Assembly: GCF_016432865.1 (NCBI RefSeq)
Contig: NC_067403.1
Location: 226,114,001 to 226,178,000, forward strand
Source: Antechinus flavipes
Lineage: Eukaryota
DNA length: 64,000 nucleotides
Direction of reading: 5' to 3'
Positions within the stretch are counted from its first letter, which is position 1. Each line of letters begins with the position of its first letter. The notes under the pieces were generated by a model that did not search any database, was not told the origin of the DNA, and saw only the letters and a program-made list of their open reading frames with translations. The position numbers and the translations under genes were made by a program. Positions 1-11,619 of the stretch are shown in pieces.

Positions 1-614
1 TGCACTGACACCATGGAGGGGAGAAAAGACCCAGAGAAGGCGTCCATATTGGAGTGGTCCTCTGTGGAGGATTGATGCAGTAGCATGGACAAGATGAGAT
101 GGCAAGGAGAGAAAAGGAGTACTTATCAGAATAGATCACTAATCACCAAAATAATAAAGTCATGCTACTGATCCACATTGATCAGTTTACAGGACATGAA
201 AACTCATGTCTCTTTTTCGAAGCCATCAAATCATGTGTTTCCTACTTTATATTTATGAAATTCAATTTTAGATCAAATGTAAAACTTTATCTTTATCCCT
301 TTTAGATAAAGAGAACTCACCTCAAATTAATCCAAAACCAACAACAACAACAATCTGGGTTCTCTGATGTATTGTCACTGAGCAACTCCTTATATTCTCT
401 AAGGCTACAAGTTTCAGAGTAGGTGTCTGTATGGTTTAGTGGTTTCTTCACTAGTTCCTTATACCAATGAAATCACTTCTAGTCCTCTCCACCAAACCTC
501 CTCCCAAAAGTGTCCATATCATTGGAGTTGATAATGCTTCTCTGTTCTCCCCCAGTCAATTCTCATATTTTGGGGTGATACATTGTATTATGGATGTTCA
601 CAAGTGGCCATGAT

Positions 615-765
615 GGTGAGAGAACCAGAAACCATGTGTGTAGTGATCATTTGAAGCAATTGACTTTGTTTAGCCCTAAGAAGAGAAGACTTAAGAGGAC
701 ATGTTCTCCTTCTCTCTCCTCAAGTATCGGATTTGCTGTCCTGTGGAAAGAAGATTATGAATTGA
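615..765 (+). mobile_element. L3/CR1 LINE 3' fragment
   Basis: 'tgtttagccctaagaagagaagacttaagaggacatg...tcaagtat...gctgtcctgtggaaaga' resembles the recalled CR1/L3 3' region. Confidence 0.65.
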
Positions 766-1311
766 ATTGAATTAAGTTTATTTGAATTGTATAATGTCAT
801 GTATCCAGGCACCTAACCCAATAGCCATATTTTCTGATTTCTAGAATACTACATTTATGGAGAGCTTGTTCACTTATAATCATGTTTTAGTTATTATTAT
901 CAGCTTTCTATTTCTCTCAAAAAGCCAGCTGCCAGTTGTCAAGGAAATGGTTTTGTACAACCTTTAATTCTTGCAAATTCTTTAAAGAGTGCCATTTATT
1001 GAGACCTTAACTCAACACTTCACTTGGATCCAAAAGCCTTAAGGATTAGAGACAATCCAGGCCAGTGAGTGAAATTTCAAGTGGCTTAGTTAAACAAGCT
1101 CATACAAAGGATTTCAATGATGCCTGTTTATATATGCCTTCATTTTAGTTTGTGTTATTAGAATATCTGTTTAGTATTATGTATGTGATAAATTTCAATA
1201 CATGACTGAAAATGAATTTCCCAATACAGACATTATATTACTGAGCCTGCTAATTCTTTAAAGAAATTAAGAAAAAAATAATGAAGCCATGTTACACAGG
1301 TACTTAATATT

Positions 1312-1555
1312 NNNNNNNNNNNNNNNNNNNNNNNNNNNNNNNNNNNNNNNNNNNNNNNNNNNNNNNNNNNNNNNNNNNNNNNNNNNNNNNNNNNNNNNNN
1401 NNNNNNNNNNNNNNNNNNNNNNNNNNNNNNNNNNNNNNNNNNNNNNNNNNNNNNNNNNNNNNNNNNNNNNNNNNNNNNNNNNNNNNNNNNNNNNNNNNNN
1501 NNNNNNNNNNNNNNNNNNNNNNNNNNNNNNNNNNNNNNNNNNNNNNNNNNNNNNN
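1312..1555. other. Assembly gap (244 N)
   Basis: Run of N. Confidence 1.
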
Positions 1556-2479
1556 TTGAGGATGAGTTTTAAAGTCAGGCATAAATTGTGTTTAGTGCTT
1601 AAAATTGATTTAGTGTCTTTCTTTTAGTACATCATTTTCTCTTTTATATAAATGAATCTTTGCTCTAGTTTTATCTTCAAGCTTTAAAGGAAAAAAAAAA
1701 AAAAACAGCCAGTGGTAAAAATCTAGGATTCTCTCACAGCTGCTACATTTTTAATAATACTTGATGGAAGTGATAATGACTTTTAGTATTTTTTTAAACT
1801 ATGAAAATATACTTAGTGATTGAAGTATCCCTGTTCTTATTATTGAATATAATTTAATAAACCTGTTTATGTACCACAGAATTTAGCAAGATCAATATAT
1901 TATTGTTTCTTCTAAATAGACTTTTTTGACATGTCATAAAACCTATCTACTTTTGCTAGATTTTATGCTGTCTTTAATCATACTTGCCTGGTGGAGCCTG
2001 ATAGATGTCTCAGTGTAGTAGTGTTTCATTCAAAATAGAAACAGATGTCATTTCTGTTGGTCTCTAACATGGGCACCTGTACAGTAGAACAGAATGTGAG
2101 ATGCCAGCTTCTCTATTAGGACCTGGAGGAGTAGCTAAATGACAGACGCTAGGTCACATAGGTCTGGCTTGGTTTAGTACCTTAGGGGGAAATGCTACCC
2201 TCTGTGATAGTCCAAGCATAAAGCGGGGAATTTCATGAATTTCATCCAGTAAACTGGGGTTGAAAGTAAAAAAGATAGTGTACCACTAGTCATTATGTGG
2301 TCCAAACAGTATTGCTCTGACCTAACATTTAAAAGACTCTATAATTTATAGTCAGTGAATTCTTTTTTCGTTTTTTGCCTTTTATCTAACCACTGTCATT
2401 AATGACTATAGCAAGAACAGGCTGAGCATTTAGATTTAGACTTAGGAATGTCTTTCTGCCATACTTTTTGGTACTTAGT

Positions 2480-2640
2480 AGTCACTCAGCAATCAATCAA
2501 CAAGTATTTTTTTTTTTTTTGAGTCTCTGCTAATACCAGACATTGTACTATAAACACTGGAGACATAGGGAGGAAAAAAAATTGGAAAGAAAGAAAAGAA
2601 AAGAAATACTCTTTACAAAAGTTTACATTTTTTCATGGAA
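2480..2640 (-). mobile_element. L2 LINE 3' end relic
   Basis: 'caatcaatcaacaagtattt...ataccagacattgtacta...ctggagacata' is the antisense of the L2 3' terminus. Confidence 0.6.
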
Positions 2641-2689
2641 GACAACAAGAGCATACCTAGTTATAGACAAAATAATCAAGTGGACATTA

Positions 2690-2999
2690 TGAAAAGTATT
2701 AAAAGGTAACAATCTCCCTGTCCCTTTCCCCTTCTCTGTTCCTGAATCTAGGGTTATCATAATCAAAACTTTTATGTTGTTCTATTTTCCAAAGAATCTT
2801 CAATGAACTTGATGTAGACACAGGAGACAGACAGCTTCTTTTAAAGGAGCTATTAAGGAATTGTTTTGTTTAACCAAGTCAAATCCTTTTTCTTAGTCAA
2901 TAAACAATAACCAATTAACAATAAATCAGTAAAGCATGGGATCTTATATTGTCTACTTTTTTCCATTCATTAAGTGAAGGTAAATATGTGATACATTTT
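2690..2999 (-). mobile_element. RTE-clade LINE, reverse transcriptase segment distal to the L1 insertion
   Basis: Minus strand reads (with stops) HIFTFT..EKSRQYKIPC...LFID*EKGFDLVKQN, matching the RTE RT motifs DHIFTITQL..CREYKIPL..FVDYEKAFDSV. Confidence 0.8.
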
Positions 3000-3601
3000 A
3001 AAAATTAATTTATTTTGACATTTTGCTTTATGAATCGTGTTGGGAGAGAAAAATCAGACCAAAAGGGAAAAACCATGGGAGAAAGGGGGAAAAAAAAAAA
3101 AAAACAGAAAAAAGAAGTGACCATAGCATGTGTTGCTTTACCTTCAGTCTCCATAGTTCTTTTTCTGGATGCAGATGGCATTTTCTGTCCAAAGTCTATT
3201 AGGATTGCTTTGGATCACTGAAAGAACCAAGTCTTTCATAGTTGATGATCACACATTCTTGCTGTTATTTGTACAATGTATTCCTGTTTCTGCTTGTTTC
3301 ACTCAGCATCAGTTCATGGAAATTTTTCCAGATCTTGCTAAAATCAGCTTGTTCATCATTTTTTATAGAATAATGATATTCCATTACCTTCATGTACCAC
3401 AATTTGTTCAGCCATTCCCCAATTGATGGGCATCCACTTTTTTTCCCAATTCTTTGCTACCACAAAAAGAGCTACTACAAACATTTTTGCACATGCGGAT
3501 CCTTTTCCCTCCTTTAAGATTTCCTTGGGATACAGAACCAGTAATGGCACTGCTGGGTCAAAGGGTATGCATTGTTTTATAGCCCTTTGAGCATAGTGAT
3601 C
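3000..3601 (-). mobile_element. 5'-truncated L1 (ORF2 C-terminus plus 3'UTR and A-rich tail) inserted into the RTE
   Basis: Encodes YAQRAIKQCIPFDPAVPLLVLYPKEILKEGKG..KMFVVALFVVAKNW (L1 ORF2 C-terminus). Flanked by near-identical 11-mers tgatacatttt (2989-2999) and tgatccatttt (3602-3612). Confidence 0.92.
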
Positions 3602-4784
3602 TGATCCATTTTTAATAGTGCTTGTGAAACCCTGCTTCTTCCCAAATAATATCTTCACTGAGGATTCATATGTAGATAGATCATTGTCTTGAAGATTTTT
3701 GCATATCTGTGAGCGTAAACATAGTTCAATAATTAGGTCACCTTTTGTCAGAATTGACACTCCAAGATTTTCTTCCTTGCTCTTTTGCATCTTCCATCCC
3801 TTTAGTTGGTCTCTCAATACTTTTATGGCACCTGTAACATGGATCTCCTTTATATGTAATTGGTCCACCTTGACTGCTTTTGCCATCTTTGTTCTCTTTA
3901 ATGTCATTTCTATTTCCTCTTTAAGCCCATGTGTGACTGTGATGTTAAAGATCAGATACAGGTCCATCTTTAATGGAGAAAACAATTCTTAATGGTTCTT
4001 GCAGATATTTTCAATTTTTCTTTTGTTTTCACTCCTCTTCCTATTTTCATCCTTGAGTGCCCTTTGGATTATTTTGCTTTTTTAACAGCTTCTCAAACTT
4101 TCTTTAAGCTGGCTTTACTCAACATGCTTTTTCTGTACTTTATGAAATAATACTCATAATTATCTTTTATCTGTCACAAGGTTCTAGAAAGAAGCTTAAA
4201 TATTAATCTTTGTTTTATTGTGGGCAACCATCTCTTTCCATTGGCAAATAAATCAAATATTTGGTAAGATGTTTTCTGGACATTTTTATTCTCTTTGTTT
4301 TGACCATTAATTTTTAACAAATTTTTGAATTAAATTTACTTGTTGTAATTGTTATCATTTCTCTCCATTTTTCCTTTTTATCTTCAAAAACTCACTTCAA
4401 TAACTCAGTGTTAAGTCATTTTAATTGTGTCATATCTTTTTCTTATTCTTCCCTATTGTTTCTGATTAATTCTGATCTTAGCTCTGATGACTCAATACTC
4501 TTTTCTATGTGAAGACAACAGACCCAGGATTAACTCCCACATTAACACCAAATCTTTTCCTGTCAAAATATAATCCATTTTGTTCTTTTTTGGTGCTTAA
4601 CCATATTAAAGATATATTTTTTATTTTCCATGATTTTTGGGGTAATTTACAAGTCTTTGACTTTTCAATCCTTCTTCCTGAACTAGGTTTTCATATGTGT
4701 GCATGTGTGTTTGTATATACCTATATATCCCCATACTTACTTTTTTCCACCTTTGCAATGAAGTCATCAAGTGTCAGAATATAC

Positions 4785-4832
<48 letters not shown>

Positions 4833-5215
4833 TTTAGATAGGTTCAATTTGAAAATATTCAACAAGGTCTTCATAGAATTTCTCTGCTACTTCATCTTCA
4901 GCTCTTCATATTGATGCATGTTACAATTATTTTCATGGTCATCTTTTTGTAAGTAATCATTAGTAATGAGGTATGTGATGGCCAAATATCCCATGAAATA
5001 AAGTCCTTTGCTGTACCTGGACATATAAACCACTCTGCCAGCTTTTTGTTTTGTGTTGCTTCTTCAAAGAGTATCTAGTAGCCATCCTTTCATTAGCTGT
5101 AACCTCCTTCTTCTGATCTCATCTACAGCAGGAATGTCAAGATTGAGAAGATTCAGCTCCTCCAACCACAGGACACTTGTCTGTCACTGCAAGAATATCA
5201 GATTTTAAATCTAAT
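3602..5215 (-). mobile_element. RTE-clade LINE (APE endonuclease to start of RT), decayed
   Basis: Minus strand gives KMTMKIIV and AEDEVAEKFYEDL (about 4870-4940; RTE endonuclease) and AKAVKVDQLHIKEI..IKVLRDQL...KQGF..SDH (3602-3890; RTE pre-RT region, cf. GKAAGPDQ...LRDQF...EQAGF..TADH). Confidence 0.82.
4788..4830. repeat. (TG)n microsatellite inside the RTE
   Basis: About 21 perfect TG units. Confidence 0.98.
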
Positions 5216-6634
5216 GGTCAAATTGAAATTTTTAACTGTCTATAAAAATTGTAATTCTTTGTACCTTTTATCTTCATTTCCTACTATTCTGCCCTTGTTA
5301 CTGTAGAAGTAGATTAGGAGGGATGGACAGAGTTAAGGGCTATTTTTTCTATTTTCTTTGTTTCTCAAATTGCCAATGTCTTCCCAACCTCTTTGCGTGT
5401 GCACACGCACATACGCACACACACGCACAAGAGCATATAACCCACAAAATTATCACCAGGTATCCAGCCTACTTGGACTGTGCCTCTTCATAATTCCCTC
5501 GGTTGGCCCTCAAAAACCAGATCCATCCATCCTGTTACTTGGGCAGCACTTAAATCCATCTTAGCACCTTGCTAGAGTTTACATCCTGGCCTTTGAACAC
5601 TCAGGGTTCCTTACATGGCATTGAAGTAGAACTTTATGAGGAATCTTCTTTGGGCAAGGGAACTGTCAAATTGATGAGCACACAGGTGGATCCCTTAGAG
5701 AATTCCCAGTATTCTAGACAATCCAACTCGCCATTGGAAACGAGCTGACTATAATGTATCAGCAGCAGCTTTATTAAACAGACACAGAAATGAAAACAAA
5801 TGTGACTCTCAAGTCCATGTGATCCTCAAATGATTTTTCAATTCTTAGTCAATCTATTTGAATTGCTCATTCTGATCCGCCATGTTCTTTAAGGCCAGTA
5901 CACTTCTCCAAGCCAGTCTCTCTAGCTAATGGCTCATAGATGACGGCTTTAACTGACCCAGAAAATTTCTTTGGCACTCCTGTTGCTATTGTTTTCTCTA
6001 GAATACAAATTTCCTTCAAAATAAGATAACATTTCAATACTCTATATGTATAATGTTATGGATGCCTTTTGTTTTTATATCACATTTATTTATCATTACT
6101 TTGTTCCTCCTTCCCCTACCCAGAAAGCCATTTCTGTAACAGATTTAAAAGACCAGGGGAAAGTGACACCTTGGCTATGTATGACAGTATATGTAATATT
6201 GCTCACCCCAAGCCTTCTACAGTGAAGGGAGGGAAATTCTTCTCACTTCTCTCTTGGCCCGGGCTTCATCATAATAGTCAATGACCAGTTGACATCTTTC
6301 TGTTCTTTTTGTTTGCAGTGTGAGAAGTGCTTAGTTCTCTCTCTGTTGTTGCCTGGGAAACTTCTCTCTTTCTCCAGGTTCTTTCCCACTCTGACCTTTT
6401 ATCTAGAGGGTGTCTCTTTATTGGGGGGAAGTGGCAAATTTCCTCTTTCTTGGCTCCTCTCCTTCGGGAAAATATCCATCCATTTGTGAGCCCCACTAGC
6501 GTCTCGCATCTTCTGCCTCCAATGTCTCCTTCGTCTCCTCTACTTGGAGAAGCCCTTTTGTAGCATAGCCCACGTGTCACCTCCTATGCAAGACCTTTTC
6601 TGATCCTTTCGCATCGTATTTTTTATTATTTCAT

Positions 6635-6790
6635 AGATTTAGAGCTAGAGGCGAATTTAGAGTTCATCTACACAAACCTTCTCCTTTGTAAAGATGAAAA
6701 AATGAGAAAGATGAAGTAACTTTGTTAAAGTCAAATACCTAAAAAGTGGCAAAGCCCTGGGGGCCTGGGGCTGTTAACAGAACCCTCTCT
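6635..6790 (-). mobile_element. MIR-type CORE-SINE relic
   Basis: 'atagatttagagctagag...ttcatcta...tgtaaagatgaaaaaatgag..gaagtaactttg' is antisense to the MIR core. Confidence 0.6.
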
Positions 6791-7090
6791 TCCACTATGC
6801 CCATGTGGTCTCCTCCTTGCTCCTATGGGCTAAAAGCTCATTAAGGGCAAGGCAAGTTTCTCCCCAACTTGGCACAGGGTCAGGCTTTATTGTTGAATTC
6901 AATTGAGTTGAATTCATGTCCTGATAAGATGAGAAACCCTCATCTAAGAGGGCAGTTTATTAAACAAGCTTCATGTTATGTTTTCTGAATGCCCTGAGGA
7001 AGAAGACTGACTTATTCTTGGATTCTTAATTTTCCAGATTTACAACTGGTAGTCTATTTTTTAACAACTTTGTTTAAAAGAATAATTTCA

Positions 7091-7235
7091 GGGGCAGCTA
7101 GGTGGTATAGTGGATAGAGCACCAGCCCTGAAGTCAGGAGGACCTGAGTTCAATTTGGCCTTGGATGCGTAACACACTTCCTAGCTGTGTGACCCTGGGC
7201 AAGTTGCTTAACCCCAATTGCCTCAGAAAAAAAAA
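7091..7235 (+). mobile_element. WSINE1-like marsupial tRNA-derived SINE, full length, followed by (GA)n to about 7254
   Basis: Starts ggggcagctaggtggtatagtgg (A box), has gagttcaat (B box), then tgtgtgaccctgggcaagt..cttaaccccaattgcctc and an A tail. Confidence 0.9.
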
Positions 7236-8176
7236 GAGAGAGAGAGAGAGAGAGAAAGTAATTGCAGTTCCCCTTATGCTGTTCATTTTTATTTCTTTGT
7301 CTCCATATACAAGCAAAATGAGAGTATAAACTCTCAGCTTCCGAGCCTATGTGGTATATAAGATGGCTGCCTCCCTTTGTAGAAGATGATTGAAACCTCA
7401 AACAATATATTTCTCAGTGTGGTTCCCCACAAAAAAACACAGACTGAGCTTACCAAAATATCTCAGTTTTTTTCTGACATGAATTACCAATTTAGATATG
7501 CTATAACTTATTAAGGTCTCAACATCCTTCCTACAATTAATTCTGATGCGTTGGGTTTGGTGGGGTTTTTTGTAATTTTCATTTTCAATCAGGAGTCAAT
7601 AGAGAGAGCACAAGTGCTGAAAAACTGTGCCATTAAAATGGTCTATGAACTTTAAAAGTTGAGAATGACTGCCAAGTCACTTCAAACCAAGATTTCATTG
7701 ACCTTCATTAGTATACTTCTACTCAGAATTTTAAAAATTCTTTTTAAAACATTTTTATTTAAAGATAAATGCACATGGCCAGAGGAGCAGTTTCTCACAC
7801 TGGTCACATTTTCAAACAAAACATGCCCTGGCATTTGAACAGCTGTTATATCAAAATCAGGTTTGAATACTATTGTTTAACCTTCCCAGCTGTAGCGGGG
7901 GTGGTTTGTTACCCTGATTTGGTACAAAATATGCATAGTATATTTCAATTTGAAAGTTTAAACACATATTTGTGAGTGTTAGACCGATAAATTCTGGTCA
8001 TATGATACTATTTTAGGTAAACATTATCTTTCTGTGAGCTATTTTATTGTTCTTAACTATATTGAATGTTTAAACAGATTTTAACTAATTCAGAGTCCTG
8101 TAAAACTAATTTCCTTCAATGCACATCCTTTTTAATTTCTTTGCTAATAGTGAACAAGGAAATATTTTTAGGAAGT

Positions 8177-8255
8177 CATATGTGTGTATATGTATGTGTG
8201 TGTGTGTATATATACACACATATGTGCACAAATATATGTGTGCATGTATGTATTA
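8177..8255. repeat. Compound (TG)/(TA)/(CA) microsatellite
   Basis: Visible dinucleotide runs. Confidence 0.85.
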
Positions 8256-8589
8256 TAAATAAGGAGTGCAACCTGGGAAAAACCCTTCTCCCCTACATTT
8301 CAGTGTGTTTGGTTCTCTTATCCTACAAAAGATCAGCTTGTGGTGTGGAGGCTCTGTGTAGTTAAAAAAGATGCTTTGATTTTGAAAGATGAAGGAAGAA
8401 AGGGCATGTGACCTGTGTCAATAAAGTCATGTCAGGTGTAGATATAACAAACATGGAATTGTTCAATAAATCTTAAAAGTTGAGAACCTCTCTTCTCCCC
8501 AAGCTGGAAAGAGTTAAAGGAAGGCCAGCAGAGGCAGAAAGGAAAGCTCCAAGTGCTTGTGACTACCCAGGGTGGGGAAGGCAGAACAT

Positions 8590-8910
8590 CAAGGTCGTAG
8601 AGGGACCCCCAGAGTCAGGCGAGAAGACTGGCCCTCCCACCACCACCAACTTCCCCTTCTTCCCTCACGCTTCCGGGCGGCGAAGGGAGTCCCCTCCATT
8701 AGCCGCCTGGCGCAGGGCTCCTTTCTCCCTCCTGTTGCTACAGATGTCTCTCTCCAGGCCAGCTGTCTCTGCCCTCACCCCATCGCTCCTGTGGCTCCTG
8801 AGCTCCTGAAGGTCTGTCTCTGCCGCTTCCGGGAATAGACTCCTGCTCCTCTCCTTCACATCGGAGTTTGACCTACTGGGAAACCATGTGAAGTTTAAAT
8901 GTCGCCCTTA
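8590..8910. promoter_or_regulatory. CpG-retaining GC-rich element with two ETS-type motifs (candidate regulatory element or exon)
   Basis: About a dozen CpGs in about 320 bp in a CpG-poor window. The identical 10-mer cgcttccggg (CCCGGAAGCG on minus) occurs at 8668-8677 and 8824-8833. Confidence 0.4.
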
Positions 8911-9174
8911 AAAATATTAACAAAAGCATGTGGAATTCCAGACAACACATTAAAATGCTCTTCCTTTTTCAGCATGTGGCTCAACGTAAGTTTCTAGTTT
9001 CTATATAGAATAGCCAAAGATTGAATATAACTAATAGTTACCGCAAAATGAACTACTAACAAACTGAAGAAACCTGGCTCTCTCTCTCTCTTCTGTTCTC
9101 CGATCCCTTCCGCTGCTGGTGGCCTCCCTCCCCAGCTGCCTTTTATTTAATAATCTATTTTTGCATTTATTCTG

Positions 9175-9405
9175 CAGCAGAGAGGTGGGGTAGTGGGTTG
9201 AGCACTGGGCCTGGATTCGAGAAGATCCAAGTTCCAATAGGGCCTCAGAAACTGGCCAGCTCTGTGACCTTGGGCAAGTACAACTTCGTTTTGCCAGTTT
9301 CCTCATCTGTAAAATAAGGGTAGTTAGCAGGGTTCTCACAAAGATTAAATGAGGTAAAGCACTTAGCACAATGCCTGGCATACAGTAGGTGCCAATTAAG
9401 TACTA
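9175..9405 (+). mobile_element. MIR CORE-SINE
   Basis: Core 'tgtgaccttgggcaagt...cagtttcctcatctgtaaaata' plus tail 'cacttagcacaatgcctggcatacagtaggtg'. Confidence 0.85.
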
Positions 9406-9429
9406 ATTATTTTTTCCACATGAACTTAT

Positions 9430-9555
9430 ATAAATTCATGTTGTCCCCCCAGTAGAATATAATCTTCAGTACAAATGATTTCATTCTTTGTATTTGTATT
9501 CCCAGTGTCTGGAACATAGTAGGCATTAAATAATTATTTGTTCAATTATTGATTG
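9430..9555 (+). mobile_element. L2 3' terminal relic
   Basis: 'tttgtattcccagtgtctggaacatagtaggcattaaataa..ttg...attgattgatt'. Confidence 0.65.
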
Positions 9556-9584
9556 ATTCTTGGAACTAATTAGTTCTTATGGAG

Positions 9585-9775
9585 CAAGGGCTTCTTAAAC
9601 TTTTTCCACTTGTATCCCCTTTTCCTCTGAGAAATTTTTATGTGACCCCAGGTATATAAGAATATAAAATAAGAGATACAAATCAAACATATGCTGATAA
9701 TCATAATTTTTCAATCCCCACCTTCAATTATGAAACTTCACATGGGGTATCTAACCACACTTTAAGAAATTGGGT
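9585..9775. mobile_element. hAT-like non-autonomous DNA transposon (MITE)
   Basis: Degenerate inverted ends caagggcttcttaaac / cactttaagaaattg and an interior recalled from marsupial MITEs. No clear 8-bp TSD. Confidence 0.5.
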
Positions 9776-10149
9776 TTTAGAATACCTCCATCTTGATTTT
9801 GCCAGAAGTAAATGAAATTGTTTTTATGTGTGCAGGAGTATGTTTGAATGCCTTAAATTTCATATTAAGTGACTGGTATCATTATTTCATGTGTTTTCAT
9901 TTAATTTTGACAGTAGACATTCTCAGAAGTAATACTCTGGATTTATATAATTCTAATTAACTAAATGGTAACCTTTGAGAATAGAAGAATGAATTCTATC
10001 AATATGAATTTACTTATTTTTTTCTATTATTGATATTACTATTTGGTATTTAACCTTAACATAACATAGCCTGATCAATTTTAAAGGGAAGCAGTATGCT
10101 TTAGATTGTTGGAACCATAGAATACTTTAGCTGAAAGGGAACATAGAAA

Positions 10150-10290
10150 TAAGAAAGAGAGAGGGAGAGAAAGAAAGGGAAGGAGGGGAAGAGGGAGAGA
10201 AACACACGGGGAGAGAGAGAGAGAGAGAGAGACAGAGAGACAGAGACAGAGAGACAGAGAGACAGAGAGACAGACAGAGAGACAGACACA
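10150..10290. repeat. GA-rich and (GACAGA)n compound microsatellite
   Basis: Visible gagaga / gacagaga arrays. Confidence 0.92.
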
Positions 10291-10649
10291 TTGAGGTACA
10301 CCTTCGGAGGCTACATTAACAACACTAAGGTCCCCAAAGGGGTAACTGCTAACTACTGTTTTCTATTACTACTAGTTGTGGAGTAGAAGATGGCAGGCAG
10401 GTCTCCTCTGAGTCTGTCCTCCTAAAATTATATAACCCATGAGCTTAACTTTAATACCAGATCGTAGCTCAAAGCAAAACGCTTACTCGCATCACGTTCC
10501 TAAAATCCGGGCTGTATTCTTCTACAACTCTACAGAGTACCTACACGGAGAGTGGGCACCAACTTCAGAGACCTTGGTAACAAGGCAGAAAATGTGGTCA
10601 GGGTGAGCCGTCCCTCTCATATCTTGTGTGCCCGTACTGGGTCCCACAT

Positions 10650-11600
10650 TTTATGAAAGGACCCTCAGATTTCAGAGAAGGGCAGGATGAGGGCTGGAGA
10701 GCTCCGTGGCCATCTAGTCCAACCCTTTTTGAAAGGCATCCCCGACAGAGGACCCTTGACCTCTGCTTGGAGACCTCCCAGGTCCCGTCTCCCCCTGAGC
10801 CAAATGCAGTTCTTGGAGCTCTTGGCTGCTTTTCCTGTCATCACGTCCAGGTTTTCTCTAGGTGACTTGGATCTATTGCTCCTGGTTTTGTCCTCTAGGA
10901 CTAAAGACACAAAGCTTACTCTTTCTTCCACATGACAGTCTTTCAAATCCTTTAAGACAGCGTCCCAGCCTGCTGAGTCTTCCCTTCTCCAGGCGAAACA
11001 TCCTCAGTCTTTGGATCTGTCCTCAGGTGACAGAGACACAAGGCTCCTCATGATCCGGGTCATGTTTTTCTGGATGCTACAGAACACAGAGATCCCTCTG
11101 TGATCTGATTTCAGGGAGGGACCCTGGCACAATCAGGTGCCCAAGAGTACAGTGGTTGTCTTGGCTGCCCACCACAAAACTGACTCTTGTTGGGTCTTCA
11201 CTCGTTTTTTAGACCATCATCCCTGTCCCCAAGGCTGGGAGTGAAGGACTACTCTGGATCCCACTCCTGCTTTAGCAGGGGAGCATTAACCTGCTGCATT
11301 CTGACCTGGATTGCTTCTCCCCTCTCTCTTCTCCTGTCAGGCTCCCAGATCTTGTTAAGAAAAACTATTATTTCACCCTGTTACTTACTTCCTGTACTTA
11401 GGAAGTGGATTCTCTGAACTCAATGTAAGATTTTCCATGTCTTTATCGAATTTCATCCTATTAAATTCTTCCCAATACTCCAATATTTCAAAATCTTTTC
11501 ACATCATTGATTTCATGGTATTCAGTCAACTGCAAATTTGATAAGCATGCTATCTATGCCTTCATCTTACTCAATGATAAAAAAAAATAGTACTAGAAAG
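10650..11600 (-). mobile_element. L3/CR1 LINE 3' region
   Basis: 'gccatctagtccaaccc..ctctgcttggagacctcc', 'ttccacatgacagtctttcaaatcctttaagacagc..cttctccaggcgaaacatcc' and 'gcaaatttgataagcatgc' are antisense CR1/L3 hallmarks. Confidence 0.75.
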
Positions 11601-11619
11601 TATATGAGATAATCAATCA

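Noticed and set aside
1289-1627. ORFs spanning N gaps (also 23312-23602, 25507-25807, 26337-26847)
   Set aside because: Artefacts of translating N as X.
1980-1992. atacttgcctgg resembling the U1 snRNA 5' end
   Set aside because: The similarity stops after about 12 nt, and there is no U1 body or Sm site.
5554-5770. Possible exon in the unique block (+ frame EFTSWPLNTQGSLHGIEVELYEESSLGKGTVKLMSTQ..; minus segment between AG 5769-5770 and GTAAGG 5609-5614)
   Set aside because: The minus candidate hits stops before its donor. The + frame has only a mediocre donor and no recognisable homology.
6200-6600. Overlapping 66-100 aa ORFs on both strands
   Set aside because: Purine/pyrimidine-skewed sequence gives open frames by chance. 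There is no consistent splice-site pair and no recognised protein; it may be a very old L2 relic.
7091-7170. tRNA gene-like A and B boxes
   Set aside because: This is the head of a tRNA-derived SINE. There is no cloverleaf, and it continues into the CORE and tail.
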